A stretch of 44,465 bases of DNA from Bdellovibrionota bacterium (GTDB taxonomy: Bacteria; Bdellovibrionota_C; UBA2361; OMII01), in assembly GCA_044356215.1 (NCBI GenBank), contig JBIKWQ010000022.1:1-44465 (forward strand), given 5' to 3'. Position 1 is the stretch's first letter, and each line of letters starts with the position of its first letter. Made by a program: the position numbers and the translations under genes. Below are positions 35,654 through 44,465 of this stretch, one piece after another. The notes under the pieces were generated by a model. It saw only the letters and a program-made list of their open reading frames with translations. It was not told the origin of the DNA and did not search any database.

Positions 35654-35932
35654 CTAATGAGCTCTCATTGAGTCGTCGATTGCGAACGCCACCTTACACC
35701 GAACTTGATATCTTTGAACGGCGTCATCTTTAACCGAGGCCGTGAACTCCGAAACTGAGATCGATGTGATATTCCTAACGGTTCTAACCGCCTCAGCTAA
35801 ACAGAGTTGAACAGCGTCTTCCCAACTCTTGCCAGACTCCGCCTGAAGCTCGATCACCTTAGCTACGTTCGCTAAGACTATCTTCCCGTGCTTCTCTTCT
35901 CTTTTCCTTTCAGAAACGTCACTCATATTCAC
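35654..35932 (-). CDS. Dodecin family protein
   Basis: VAKVIEL.AES.KSWEDA......A..TVRNI.......Y.V..KVAF. Confidence 0.88.
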   Translation of the reverse strand: MNMSDVSERKREEKHGKIVLANVAKVIELQAESGKSWEDAVQLCLAEAVRTVRNITSISVSEFTASVKDDAVQRYQVRCKVAFAIDDSMRAH

Positions 35933-36054
35933 TCCTACGATCCTTTATTTATGGCTGCGATGCTTAAACCTCGCATTGTCTGGGCAACCTAGCCGATTAG
36001 GTCCTAGCGCGTGAATGATAGCTGTCATAGACGAGCTGACTAGGTTTCCTCAGG

Positions 36055-36564
36055 ATGTGTCGCATGGAAAACACAAACGTTACGAGAACAAGAAAGCGCG
36101 AACAAGTTAAGTTACCAGTGGCGAGTGGTATGACTTTTCTGTCAGGGATATTGATAGGATCTCTTGTCATGTATTTATTAGATCCGCGTCAGGGCGTCCG
36201 CCGGCGAGCATTGGCTCGCGATAGGGCTCGTAGTATCTCATATCGAACCGCCACGCGAATTGGAAAAGCGTATCGTCATCTTTCAAACCGTTTATTCGGC
36301 ACCTTCGCCGAGATCTCGGATACGCTCAGACCTGAAGGAGCCGTATCTGATCGAAAATTGGCGGCTCGAGTTAGGACTACGATTGGCCGTTCAATCCGTC
36401 GTCCTCACAAAGTTGATATCGCTGTTCACGACGGAATGGTCACTTTAAGGGGAGACTTAAAACCGCATGAGGCTGGACAGCTCGTCGTAGCAATAGAGAG
36501 CGTTCCCGGCGTCATCGGGGTAGATAATCAGATCATAACTGCTCAGCAAATTATGCCGCAATAA
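36055..36564 (+). CDS. BON domain protein with N-terminal membrane anchor
   Basis: G.L.MYLLDP.QG.RRRA..RD; D..L..RV; V.DG.VTL.G; VPGV.GVDN. Confidence 0.88.
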   Translation: MCRMENTNVTRTRKREQVKLPVASGMTFLSGILIGSLVMYLLDPRQGVRRRALARDRARSISYRTATRIGKAYRHLSNRLFGTFAEISDTLRPEGAVSDRKLAARVRTTIGRSIRRPHKVDIAVHDGMVTLRGDLKPHEAGQLVVAIESVPGVIGVDNQIITAQQIMPQ

Positions 36565-36585
36565 AATTAGCCCCTATTAAGGGGT

Positions 36586-37893
36586 TCAAGTGGCTGATGC
36601 AGCGTCGAGCGCGGCCCCTATGTCTCTAATGATGTCAGCGCTGTTCTCGATACCGACCGCAAGTCGGATGCCTCCTGGGTCTAGCCCGTGAGCTACCTGC
36701 TCATCAGCCGTGTAGGCCGAGTGGGTCATGGATCCTGGATGCTCAATTAAGGTCCTTATCTGTCCCAGGCTGACCGCTAAGGTTACCGCATAGGCGTTGT
36801 CAGCTATGAAATCCATCATTTTCATGCCGCGTGCGCGGGACTCCTCTGGAGTTTTCCCCTTCAATGTGAAGTAAACCATAAATCCTGGGGCAAAATTACC
36901 GTAGTAATCAATCATCTGGCGCTTCGCTAACTCATGCTGCGGGAAGCTCCTAAGACCAGGATAATTGACTCGTTCTACCAGGTGATGACTCTCAAGAAAC
37001 TTAGCGACATCCTCGGCGTTCCGCTGTTGTCGCTCCGCTCGCATAGGTAGGGTTGGGAGTCCGTGAGTCATTATGTTCCAGGCTACCTGTGGGGCAAGCG
37101 TTCCACCAAAATCTTTTCGATGCATTATTAACATGCCGTAAAACTCCTGGCGCGTAATTACGGCGCCACCCATTTCCACCCCGAATCCTGAGATCCCCTT
37201 AGTTAAACTATGCACAACAACATCAACTCCCTGTGGAATCGGACGTTGTCCCCATGGGGTACAGAAGGTGTTATCGATAATTGTTAGGATCTTGTTCGAC
37301 TCGGAGCGGCCTTTATTAGCTTCAGCGACTGCGTTTACGACAGCCTGAATGTCGACAAGCTCTAAGGTCGGATTGACAGGGCTCTCTATATAGACCACTC
37401 GAGTATTTTTGTTGATTAGTGACGCGATCGGAGAAGCATCGCGGAGGTCGGCGAAATGGACAGGGATTCCAAACTTTGGCATCCACTGTGTAAGCAAACT
37501 AAACGTGCACCCGTAGAGAGTTCTGTGCGCGATTATCTCGGATCCCTTATTAAGCGAAAACGTGAGCGCGGCGTGAACCGCGGCCATACCAGTTGAGAAG
37601 GTTACGGCGCAATCAGCTTCCTCAGCAATAGCCAGGGCCTGTTCGAGCATGTTGTTATTAGGTTCGCCCATTCGGTCGTAAACGTAGATCGGACCATCCG
37701 CGCCAAGCTGCGACTGCCCTATCTGTCCAAAACCTTGGGCGCCCCTACTTGCTGACTCAAGTCGGAAGGTGCTGGAAGCTGTAATTGGGGGGACAACGTG
37801 GAAGGTGTAATCCCAATTGGCGTTAGGTGACTCTCCGTAGAGCAACCGAGTAGGGATCGAATAAGCCCTGTCGTTTAGTTTTTTTAGCTTCAT
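36586..37893 (-). CDS. Cys/Met metabolism PLP enzyme, likely methionine gamma-lyase
   Basis: VPPI..SSTF, Y.R...P, TGMAA, LYGCT (MGL-type Cys), ESP.NPT, DNTF, HSLTK (PLP Lys), AVSLG, HP.SMTH. Confidence 0.88.
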   Translation of the reverse strand: MKLKKLNDRAYSIPTRLLYGESPNANWDYTFHVVPPITASSTFRLESASRGAQGFGQIGQSQLGADGPIYVYDRMGEPNNNMLEQALAIAEEADCAVTFSTGMAAVHAALTFSLNKGSEIIAHRTLYGCTFSLLTQWMPKFGIPVHFADLRDASPIASLINKNTRVVYIESPVNPTLELVDIQAVVNAVAEANKGRSESNKILTIIDNTFCTPWGQRPIPQGVDVVVHSLTKGISGFGVEMGGAVITRQEFYGMLIMHRKDFGGTLAPQVAWNIMTHGLPTLPMRAERQQRNAEDVAKFLESHHLVERVNYPGLRSFPQHELAKRQMIDYYGNFAPGFMVYFTLKGKTPEESRARGMKMMDFIADNAYAVTLAVSLGQIRTLIEHPGSMTHSAYTADEQVAHGLDPGGIRLAVGIENSADIIRDIGAALDAASAT

Positions 37894-38057
37894 ATTGGGT
37901 CCTCCTGAAACTCATATTAGAGTCGCACTAAATAGCTGGAGCCACAAGAAAAAAGGAGCACTCATGGGTTCATGACTTAACACTCAAAATGTGTTAGACT
38001 TCTATCACTGGCGAACTGATAGCCGGCATAGCAAAATAGCAATTTTGAACTCGTGCC

Positions 38058-38519
38058 ATGACCCACGAACAGAAATACTTAAAGCTTGATATTCACCAAT
38101 ACCTTGTTAGTGAACTCCTAGCCCTTGATACTCCAGAGGACCGGCTCTCTTGGCTCATGGAGCGAGAGCCGGTTCATCAGCAGCTTTTTTTAGAGGAGCG
38201 AACTGCCTCTCGCAAGGTTCCGGGGTGTCTCTCTGGGCTTTGGCTCAAAGCTGAACTTGAAGGTGACAAATGCTCCTTCTCTGCTTTTAGTGAATCGGAC
38301 CTAGTAAGCGGCGTCGTTTCTTTTCTGTGTGACCTCTACAGCAACCGTTCACCAGAAGAGGTTCTCGAAGTGGGGCCATCACTCGCTACCTCGCTTAAAA
38401 TTGATGGTCTACTGAGCACGACCCGGAAGAGAGCATTATCCAGCACCCTCGCCTTCTTTGCGCACAGCGCCGGGAATTTTGCTCGAGAAACCGCGCCTTG
38501 TGTTCATACCGCGGCATAA
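38058..38519 (+). CDS. SufE/CsdE-family sulfur acceptor
   Basis: KVPGCLS.LW, S.S.LVSG, LYS...P.E, LS.TR. Confidence 0.85.
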   Translation: MTHEQKYLKLDIHQYLVSELLALDTPEDRLSWLMEREPVHQQLFLEERTASRKVPGCLSGLWLKAELEGDKCSFSAFSESDLVSGVVSFLCDLYSNRSPEEVLEVGPSLATSLKIDGLLSTTRKRALSSTLAFFAHSAGNFARETAPCVHTAA

Positions 38520-38522
38520 TCG

Positions 38523-39359
38523 ATGCGGTTTATCGACGCCCACAATCACGCCCAGGATGAGCGATTAGCTAGCGCGCGCGATGCTGTAATGCACGAGTGC
38601 GCTAAAGCGCAGGTATTGTTATCGGCTGTAAATGGCGCAACTCCGAGTGACTGGGAGTTAGTAGCGAACTTAGCCAAAAAATATAGCTGGGTCGTTCCTA
38701 ACTTTGGTGTTCATCCTTGGTACATAAACGACCTCCCACAGGATTGGCAGTCACTTCTCATTAGATATTTGGATGCCTTCCCTTCCGGTGTAGGAGAAAC
38801 AGGGATCGATGGATGGAAGAGAGAGTTTGATGCCGAGCTTCAAGAGAACATATTCATCGACCAGCTTCAGATAGCCGCTGAAAGAGATCTTCCTATCTCA
38901 ATTCACGGACTAAGGCGCTGGGGAAGATTATTAGAGATCCTCCGCGCTCATCCACTTCCCGCGTGTGGTTTTATGCTCCATTCATACGGGGGGCCGGCCG
39001 AAATGATTCCAGCGTTCGAGAAGTTAGGTGGATATTTCTCCTTCCCCGGTTTTTTTCTCTCCCCGGGACGCGAGATGAAGCTCGAGGTTTTTCGGCACGT
39101 TCCGGCAGAGAGACTGCTTATTGAGACCGACGCTCCGGATCAGAATCTTCCTAGTGACCTAGACCTCTATAAATTAACAGAAGAAGATCATGGAAAACGG
39201 ATTAATCACCCAGCGAACATATCTGCTGTATACGCGGGACTAGCGCGCTTTCTTGGCCAAGATTTAGAGAGTCTCGCCAATCGCGTTGAGCAGAATTTTC
39301 GATCTCTTTTTGCTCCAGTGCTAAGGAAGGCCGCCAAAGCGCCGGCCTCTGCCGGGTGA
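38523..39359 (+). CDS. TatD family hydrolase
   Basis: DAHNH, GVHPW, GETGID, IH, HSY.G, LIETDAP. Confidence 0.93.
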   Translation: MRFIDAHNHAQDERLASARDAVMHECAKAQVLLSAVNGATPSDWELVANLAKKYSWVVPNFGVHPWYINDLPQDWQSLLIRYLDAFPSGVGETGIDGWKREFDAELQENIFIDQLQIAAERDLPISIHGLRRWGRLLEILRAHPLPACGFMLHSYGGPAEMIPAFEKLGGYFSFPGFFLSPGREMKLEVFRHVPAERLLIETDAPDQNLPSDLDLYKLTEEDHGKRINHPANISAVYAGLARFLGQDLESLANRVEQNFRSLFAPVLRKAAKAPASAG

Positions 39360-39392
39360 CAAATAACGGCAATAGCTGTACTCTCCTATCCT

Positions 39393-40664
39393 ATGCGAAA
39401 GATACCTGCCGATGTCGGCTTAGAGATAAAAGTAAAGGTTTCAGCCCTTGCCACGGGCGGTACGTGTGTCGGGACTATCGAGGCCCCAGAGAATCTAGCC
39501 GGGAAGAAAGCCTTCGTGACCGGAGCGATTCCGGGTGAAACCGTGAACGCAGTCATTACCTTCTCAAAGAAGAGCTTTGTAAACGCCGAAACCCGTTCAA
39601 TCGTTACCCCTTCGCCAGATCGCGTAGAGCCCCGCTGCCCGGTTTTTAATCAGTGCGGAGGCTGCGATCTTCAGCATATCAATTTAAATACACAGAGATC
39701 TCTAAAAGCCACTATGGTCGAGGACCTATTAAGGGTCCACGGTGGGGTTGTGGCGAGAGATGGGATATCGATACTAGCTCCAGATCTCCCAGGGTTTGAA
39801 TACCGTCGCAGGATGTCTTTCCATATCAACAAAAAGAGGGAATTCGGGCTGTACAGAAAACATGCGCGAAGCATAGTCGAGCTGTCGCACTGCCCGATCT
39901 CAACACCTACGATAAACACGTGGATAGCTGAGAGCCTCGAGTTGGTAAAAGAGTGCGCCCCAGAGATCGAGACCGTCACAGTAGAGGACCACGACGGGGA
40001 GGTCTTTTTAGCTTTTGAAGTTCACCCTAAAAACTCTACGGCTCTAGATACCCTTTTACCTAAGTTGGCTTTTCAGGAGCTCTGTCGTAGGCACCCAAAT
40101 CTTCAGGTTAACTATAGACATAAAGCGGTATACAGGGCGGCCGAAAGAAGCGCAGACGCTCCTCCTGTGGGGCACTTCTCCCAAAACAATAAGTTGGCGA
40201 ACGATGAGATGATCCGTTTTCTCATCGAACACGTTCAAGGTGATTCCGTAACCGACCTCTATGCCGGAGCGGGCAATATATCTATCCCCCTAGCTCTCTC
40301 GGGCCGCAAGGTAGTGGCTGTAGAGGTAGATCCGTATCTTGTGGCTTTTGGAGAGTATCGAGCTAAAGATGCCGGCGTGGCAGATAGGCTCACTTTTCAC
40401 ACTAAGAGCTGCGAGAAGTGGGTGGAGAAGAACCAGACAGAGCCAACGGTTGTCCTCGACCCACCACGTGGTGGAGCACTTGAGGTTTGTAAGCGCTTAG
40501 ATCCTATTACCTCGCCGCATTTACTCTACGTAAGTTGTTATCCACCAACATTCGCGCGCGATGTGCAGGTACTGCAGGAGCGAGGATACACTCTGAAGGA
40601 GACCCATGTTCTGGATATGTTCCCTCAGACTTATCACAGTGAGTTGATAGGGGTGCTGGGGTAG
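39393..40664 (+). CDS. TrmA/RlmD-family RNA m5U methyltransferase
   Basis: TRAM domain, CPVF.QCGGC.LQH, FSQ.N, DLYAGAG, DPPR.G, YVSC.P.TFARD, DMFPQT.H.E. Confidence 0.92.
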   Translation: MRKIPADVGLEIKVKVSALATGGTCVGTIEAPENLAGKKAFVTGAIPGETVNAVITFSKKSFVNAETRSIVTPSPDRVEPRCPVFNQCGGCDLQHINLNTQRSLKATMVEDLLRVHGGVVARDGISILAPDLPGFEYRRRMSFHINKKREFGLYRKHARSIVELSHCPISTPTINTWIAESLELVKECAPEIETVTVEDHDGEVFLAFEVHPKNSTALDTLLPKLAFQELCRRHPNLQVNYRHKAVYRAAERSADAPPVGHFSQNNKLANDEMIRFLIEHVQGDSVTDLYAGAGNISIPLALSGRKVVAVEVDPYLVAFGEYRAKDAGVADRLTFHTKSCEKWVEKNQTEPTVVLDPPRGGALEVCKRLDPITSPHLLYVSCYPPTFARDVQVLQERGYTLKETHVLDMFPQTYHSELIGVLG

Positions 40665-40713
40665 TCAAAATAATCCCTTACCCCCCTCGCCGCCTGGTGC
40701 TATCTTCATCTTC

Positions 40714-41283
40714 ATGAAGACACTTCGCAAAATAATTCTATCACTCGCCGGAGCGATCGCGCTGAATCTGTCGCTTTTTAGTACCTGCATTACTGCTCAG
40801 GATCTTGAGATAGCACCAACTATCCCTGATCTTGTTCCTGCTAGCCCAAAAGAGGCGTGGCGCGATCTGGCCACTGTTGAGATAAACGATGGCACTCCTT
40901 GGTGGGCAGAGGTGTTGTTGTACATTCCTAATCGAGTTTTAGACCTGATCGATGTCTTTAGGGTTGATGTTGGTGTTGGAGCCTCGGTTGGTGGAGTTGT
41001 GCGAGTAACTAAATACGTACAAGGTGGTTATCGCCAAATGCTTCCAGTTTCTCTTCGAGTTGGTGATTTCGGTCGCCAGTTTCCTGTGATGGTAGAGAGC
41101 TCGAATGAGATAGGGATTAGCCCTGCCTTCAAGCAATCAGCGGATCGTGATGTTTGCGAAGCTGAGCTCGGCTTGGGACTCGATCTCTTCTTGTTTGGCG
41201 GATATGGCGGCCTCTGCCTAGACGAGGTAGCTGATTTTGTTGGTGGTATTTTTTTAGTTGATTTAAAGGGCGACGACCTGTAG
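40714..41283 (+). CDS. Secreted/membrane hypothetical protein
   Basis: Signal peptide; YIPNRVLDLIDVFRVDVGVG and C-terminal DE.ADF..G.F..D...DD. Confidence 0.7.
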   Translation: MKTLRKIILSLAGAIALNLSLFSTCITAQDLEIAPTIPDLVPASPKEAWRDLATVEINDGTPWWAEVLLYIPNRVLDLIDVFRVDVGVGASVGGVVRVTKYVQGGYRQMLPVSLRVGDFGRQFPVMVESSNEIGISPAFKQSADRDVCEAELGLGLDLFLFGGYGGLCLDEVADFVGGIFLVDLKGDDL

Positions 41284-41295
41284 GAACACGTTATC

Positions 41296-41850
41296 GTGAT
41301 AAAACTGCTGCGCCAATTAGAGCTCCTTTTTAATACCAGGGTCGACCCAGCTCCTTCGACTGCTCGCAAGCTCAAGCGAGTTTCAAAAAGGATCATTAAG
41401 AGTGGAAATGATTCTCGAAGAAGAGTGGCGAAGAGCGATGAGTTTCTGATGACGGTGTGGCGCAACTTGAGGGCCGAGTTCTTTCCAGGCCAACCTGAGA
41501 TCGATGAATATACCGTTTGCTGGAGCTCCAGACCTCAGAAGCGTGTTCTAGCATCCTGCAACATTCGTCGTAAAAAGGTAGTCGTCGCGAGAGAACTCTT
41601 TCAACCATCAGCTTCACGTTGGATCTCCGCTGTGCTGTACCACGAGATGTGCCACGCGGTTATTGGCGAAGGCGTGCATTTATCACAGAGTGGAAAACGT
41701 CTCTGGCACGGTCGGCAGTTCCGACAACTAGAAGCTCTTCATCCTGATATCACCGCTATGAACACCTGGATCTCAACGGGTGGCTGGGCGATGGCCGTCC
41801 GCAGCCACCGCGCTCAGTTGGCACGCAGATCAAGAGAAGTATCACGTTAG
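41296..41850 (+). CDS. SprT-like zinc metallopeptidase domain protein
   Basis: VLYHEMCHA (HExxH) and HG..FR. Confidence 0.75.
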   Translation: MIKLLRQLELLFNTRVDPAPSTARKLKRVSKRIIKSGNDSRRRVAKSDEFLMTVWRNLRAEFFPGQPEIDEYTVCWSSRPQKRVLASCNIRRKKVVVARELFQPSASRWISAVLYHEMCHAVIGEGVHLSQSGKRLWHGRQFRQLEALHPDITAMNTWISTGGWAMAVRSHRAQLARRSREVSR

Positions 41851-41868
41851 CTCTTACAAGGTCGTCTG

Positions 41869-42792
41869 ATGTTGTCTAGACGTCAATTTTTAAAGACCGC
41901 GTTAGTTGGCGGCGTTGCCACAGGTCTTGGGTTGGCAACGCATGATCTAAGGAGCGATTCCTATACTTCTGATTTTAAGCTAGAGGATCTCTCTGTAGAG
42001 ATTCCAGGACTCCCATCTTCTTTTCAGGATTACCGAATCGGATTTATTACCGACATTCATATTAGCACATGGGTTCCTACTCACTGGTTTGAGCGCGCGC
42101 TCGAAACTGTGAAGCAAGCGAACGTTGATATTTTGTTGCTTGGCGGAGATTACATCCTCGTGCATGAGATCTCGGTCTGGGATCAGTTGGGATTTGTTAG
42201 AGATCCGCAGTTTTCTGGGCTGACTAAGAAAGAAGCTATTCCTAAGATCTACCAGGCATTTGCCAACATCGCCTCAGCATATAACTTTCCTGACGGAATT
42301 CTGGCGGTAGTTGGAAATCACGATCACTGGAACCGTTTCTCGGTGTTTATGGATATTTTAAAGGGCTTTCAGCAGATAAAGCTCCTGATAAACCAAACGC
42401 ACGCGATAACTCGTGGTAATCACTCCCTTGAGGTATTCGGAGTAGATGACTACTTAACTGGGATCCCTAGTTTGCCGCCAGCTCGTGAGTTGGCTAATGG
42501 TCAGGCCAAGAGAGTTATTTTAAGTCACAATCCGGATTACATACCAGCGATACTAAACAACCAACAAGCCGATTTTAGCCTGGCTCTATGTGGACATACT
42601 CATGGAGGTCAGATAGTGCTGCCGGCTTTGGGGGCAGTTGCCGCGCAGGTAGTCGACCGGCGTTTTGTTAGTGGGATGCAACGAGTAGATGAGAGGCAGA
42701 TCTATACCTCACGTGGTCTAGGAGTTGTCGGGTTGCCTTTTAGAATTAACTGCCCTCCTGAGGTTACCGTAATAACTCTCAAGAGAGCGTAA
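41869..42792 (+). CDS. Tat-exported metallophosphoesterase (YkuE-like)
   Basis: SRRQFLK twin-arginine; DIH, GGD, GNHD, SHNPD, GHTHGGQ, SRGLG, R.NCPPE. Confidence 0.92.
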   Translation: MLSRRQFLKTALVGGVATGLGLATHDLRSDSYTSDFKLEDLSVEIPGLPSSFQDYRIGFITDIHISTWVPTHWFERALETVKQANVDILLLGGDYILVHEISVWDQLGFVRDPQFSGLTKKEAIPKIYQAFANIASAYNFPDGILAVVGNHDHWNRFSVFMDILKGFQQIKLLINQTHAITRGNHSLEVFGVDDYLTGIPSLPPARELANGQAKRVILSHNPDYIPAILNNQQADFSLALCGHTHGGQIVLPALGAVAAQVVDRRFVSGMQRVDERQIYTSRGLGVVGLPFRINCPPEVTVITLKRA

Positions 42793-42957
42793 GCAGCCAA
42801 CCCACTGATATCTATTGCTTTTTATTTTTGAGGCGACTTTAGGGATTGAGTAAAACGGAGCAACCCTTTACTTTTACACCTGTTTTTTGTTAAAACCACC
42901 TCCCAGTTCGAGCTATTAGCTCTTTATTGTTTTTTAGGGAAGTTTCAGGGGAACGCA

Positions 42958-43326
42958 GTGAGTACAACAGGTGCAGATATGAGCCAGGGAAGCGAGTCAG
43001 ATAATACAACTACTAAACCGCGCAGCGCGGATGCTGGCTCGACTGATCGAGGTTATGAAGGTGGTCGTGGTCGTCAAGGCGCACCTGGAGCTGACCAAGG
43101 CGATCGTGCTCGCGCCGGCGCTATGGAGGTTGTAGTTAGCCACAATATTGAGAAGGCTATGAAGATCCTTAAGCGTAAGCTGATCAAAGAGGGACTCTTC
43201 AAGGAGCTTAAGGCTCGCCGTTATTTCGAGAAGCCTTGTGTACGTCGCAAGCGCAAGGAGAAAGAGGCTCGTAAGAAGCAACGTAAGGACGAGGCTCGCC
43301 TCAGAAAAGGTCCAGGAGTGATGTAA
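42958..43326 (+). CDS. rpsU: 30S ribosomal protein bS21 with long N-terminal extension
   Basis: MEVVV..NIEKA.K.LKRK..KEG.FKELK.RRYFEKP...RKRK; start could be GTG 42958, ATG 42979 or ATG 43123. Confidence 0.9.
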   Translation: MSTTGADMSQGSESDNTTTKPRSADAGSTDRGYEGGRGRQGAPGADQGDRARAGAMEVVVSHNIEKAMKILKRKLIKEGLFKELKARRYFEKPCVRRKRKEKEARKKQRKDEARLRKGPGVM

Positions 43327-43346
43327 TCACCTCCTTAATGGATTAG

Positions 43347-43376
43347 AAACGGGCCCCTTCGGGCCCGTTTTTATTT
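43347..43376 (+). terminator. Intrinsic terminator after rpsU
   Basis: AAACGGGCCC-CTTC-GGGCCCGTTT-TTATTT. Confidence 0.9.
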
Positions 43377-43387
43377 AGGAATTCGCT

Positions 43388-44465
43388 GTGCGTCTATTAT
43401 CACGCTACGTTCTAAAAGAGGTTCTGATCTTTTTTAGTATCAGCCTGTTGACCTTTACTGGGCTGCTTCTCACCCTACGAATGCTCAAACTGACGTCGCT
43501 GATCGTGAACCGCGGAGTTGCTTTGGGTCAAATAGCCACTGTTTTTGTAGCGATCATTCCCACGTTTTTAGAGATCGCTCTGCCGATGTCGGCTCTACTT
43601 GGTGTGATGTTGGCATTCGCACGCATGTGCGGTGACTCCGAGGTGGTCGTATTTAAGGCAAGCGGCGTTGGACTAGCTAGCTTCATCAAGCCATTAGGTA
43701 TCTTCGCTCTTGGGATAGGGCTCATCAGCTTGTATGTCTCGTGTGTTTTAAGACCGTGGGGGTTTGATACCCTCTCAAACGCCCTATTTGATATAGCTAA
43801 ATCAAAAAGCACATCCGGATTGAGCGAGGGTGTTTTTAATAAACTTGGAGAGATTACTCTCTACGCCGAAAAGATCGATTACGCTACCGGAGAGCTGTCT
43901 CGTGTTATAGTCGATGATAAACGCGACCTAGCTCAACGCAAAGTTGTAATAGCGAAGCGTGGCACTATTCTCGCGGATCCTGTTGCTCAAACAATATCCC
44001 TGCTCTTAGCTGAAGGAGTAGCGCACGAGTCAGTTGAGGGAAAGTACACCCGAACCGCTTTTGTCTCAAATTCACTGAGTGTAAATCCGGCGGAGCTTCG
44101 AGATGATACCAAGAAAGGGATAACTGCAAGAGAGCTGACCACATCGCGACTAAAGGACCTGATTAGAGAATATAAAACCACCCTACGAAGCTCAGACGCG
44201 GAAAAATTTGAGGTCTATGGGCAATCAATCAGCAGGGCCGAGCTACAGAAGAAATTTAGACGTGCCAAGGTAGAGCATGGCCAACGGTTCTCACTTCCCT
44301 GCGCTTCGATAATCATGACTTTTATAGGTTTCGCGATCGGGATTATGTCTCCACGTACTCAACGCTCTTGGGGAGCTGGTTTCGCGGCGACTCTTGGTCT
44401 TGTAGTGTTTATGCTTTATTACGGCATATTCTCGATGGGGCTCGCTTTAGCGGATAGTGGCAAGA
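43388..44465 (+). CDS. lptF: LPS export ABC permease LptF/LptG family (runs off window end; absent from ORF track)
   Basis: Translated by hand from GTG 43388: MRLLSRYVLKEVLIFFSISLLTFTGLLL..LIVNRGV..; later ALPMSALLGVMLAFARMCGDSEVVVFKASG and GVFN. Confidence 0.9.
   Translation, partial: MRLLSRYVLKEVLIFFSISLLTFTGLLLTLRMLKLTSLIVNRGVALGQIATVFVAIIPTFLEIALPMSALLGVMLAFARMCGDSEVVVFKASGVGLASFIKPLGIFALGIGLISLYVSCVLRPWGFDTLSNALFDIAKSKSTSGLSEGVFNKLGEITLYAEKIDYATGELSRVIVDDKRDLAQRKVVIAKRGTILADPVAQTISLLLAEGVAHESVEGKYTRTAFVSNSLSVNPAELRDDTKKGITARELTTSRLKDLIREYKTTLRSSDAEKFEVYGQSISRAELQKKFRRAKVEHGQRFSLPCASIIMTFIGFAIGIMSPRTQRSWGAGFAATLGLVVFMLYYGIFSMGLALADSGK

Noticed and set aside
37894..38057. SAM riboswitch upstream of the methionine gamma-lyase-like gene
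   Set aside because: No SAM-I core (ATC.AGAG...GCAACC) recognisable on the minus strand.
43528..44181. Minus-strand ORFs 43528-43812 and 43987-44181, and the many other short antisense ORFs in the track
   Set aside because: Shadow ORFs antisense to well-supported genes such as lptF.

Overview
Mostly housekeeping chromosome of a diderm (lptF, gmhA) bacterium; the gene content suggests a deltaproteobacteria/Bdellovibrionota-like lineage, which is inference only. The left end holds a Phd/RelE toxin-antitoxin pair and an intact tyrosine recombinase with a dif/lox-like inverted repeat just upstream. The rest encodes purine (purB, purS, purQ, purN), biotin (bioD, bioF plus an overlapping ketoacyl synthase), Fe-S/sulfur (DUF59, Mrp, radical SAM, SufE, methionine gamma-lyase), translation (tyrS, rpmG, rpsU, tcdA, RlmD-like, tRNA-Leu), secG, HU, glgB and lptF functions. 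The most notable non-annotated structures are: (1) three copies of a ~163-bp non-autonomous element with 14-bp TIRs, 9-bp target duplications and a long internal hairpin; (2) a 12-nt copy of the canonical 16S rRNA 3' end (anti-SD) directly after the rpsU stop, able to pair with an SD-like sequence; (3) repeated -10/N7-8/ATG leaderless architecture; (4) a catalytically degenerate P1B-ATPase-like protein and a Cys-free Mrp. All functional calls come from motif recognition, not database searches.
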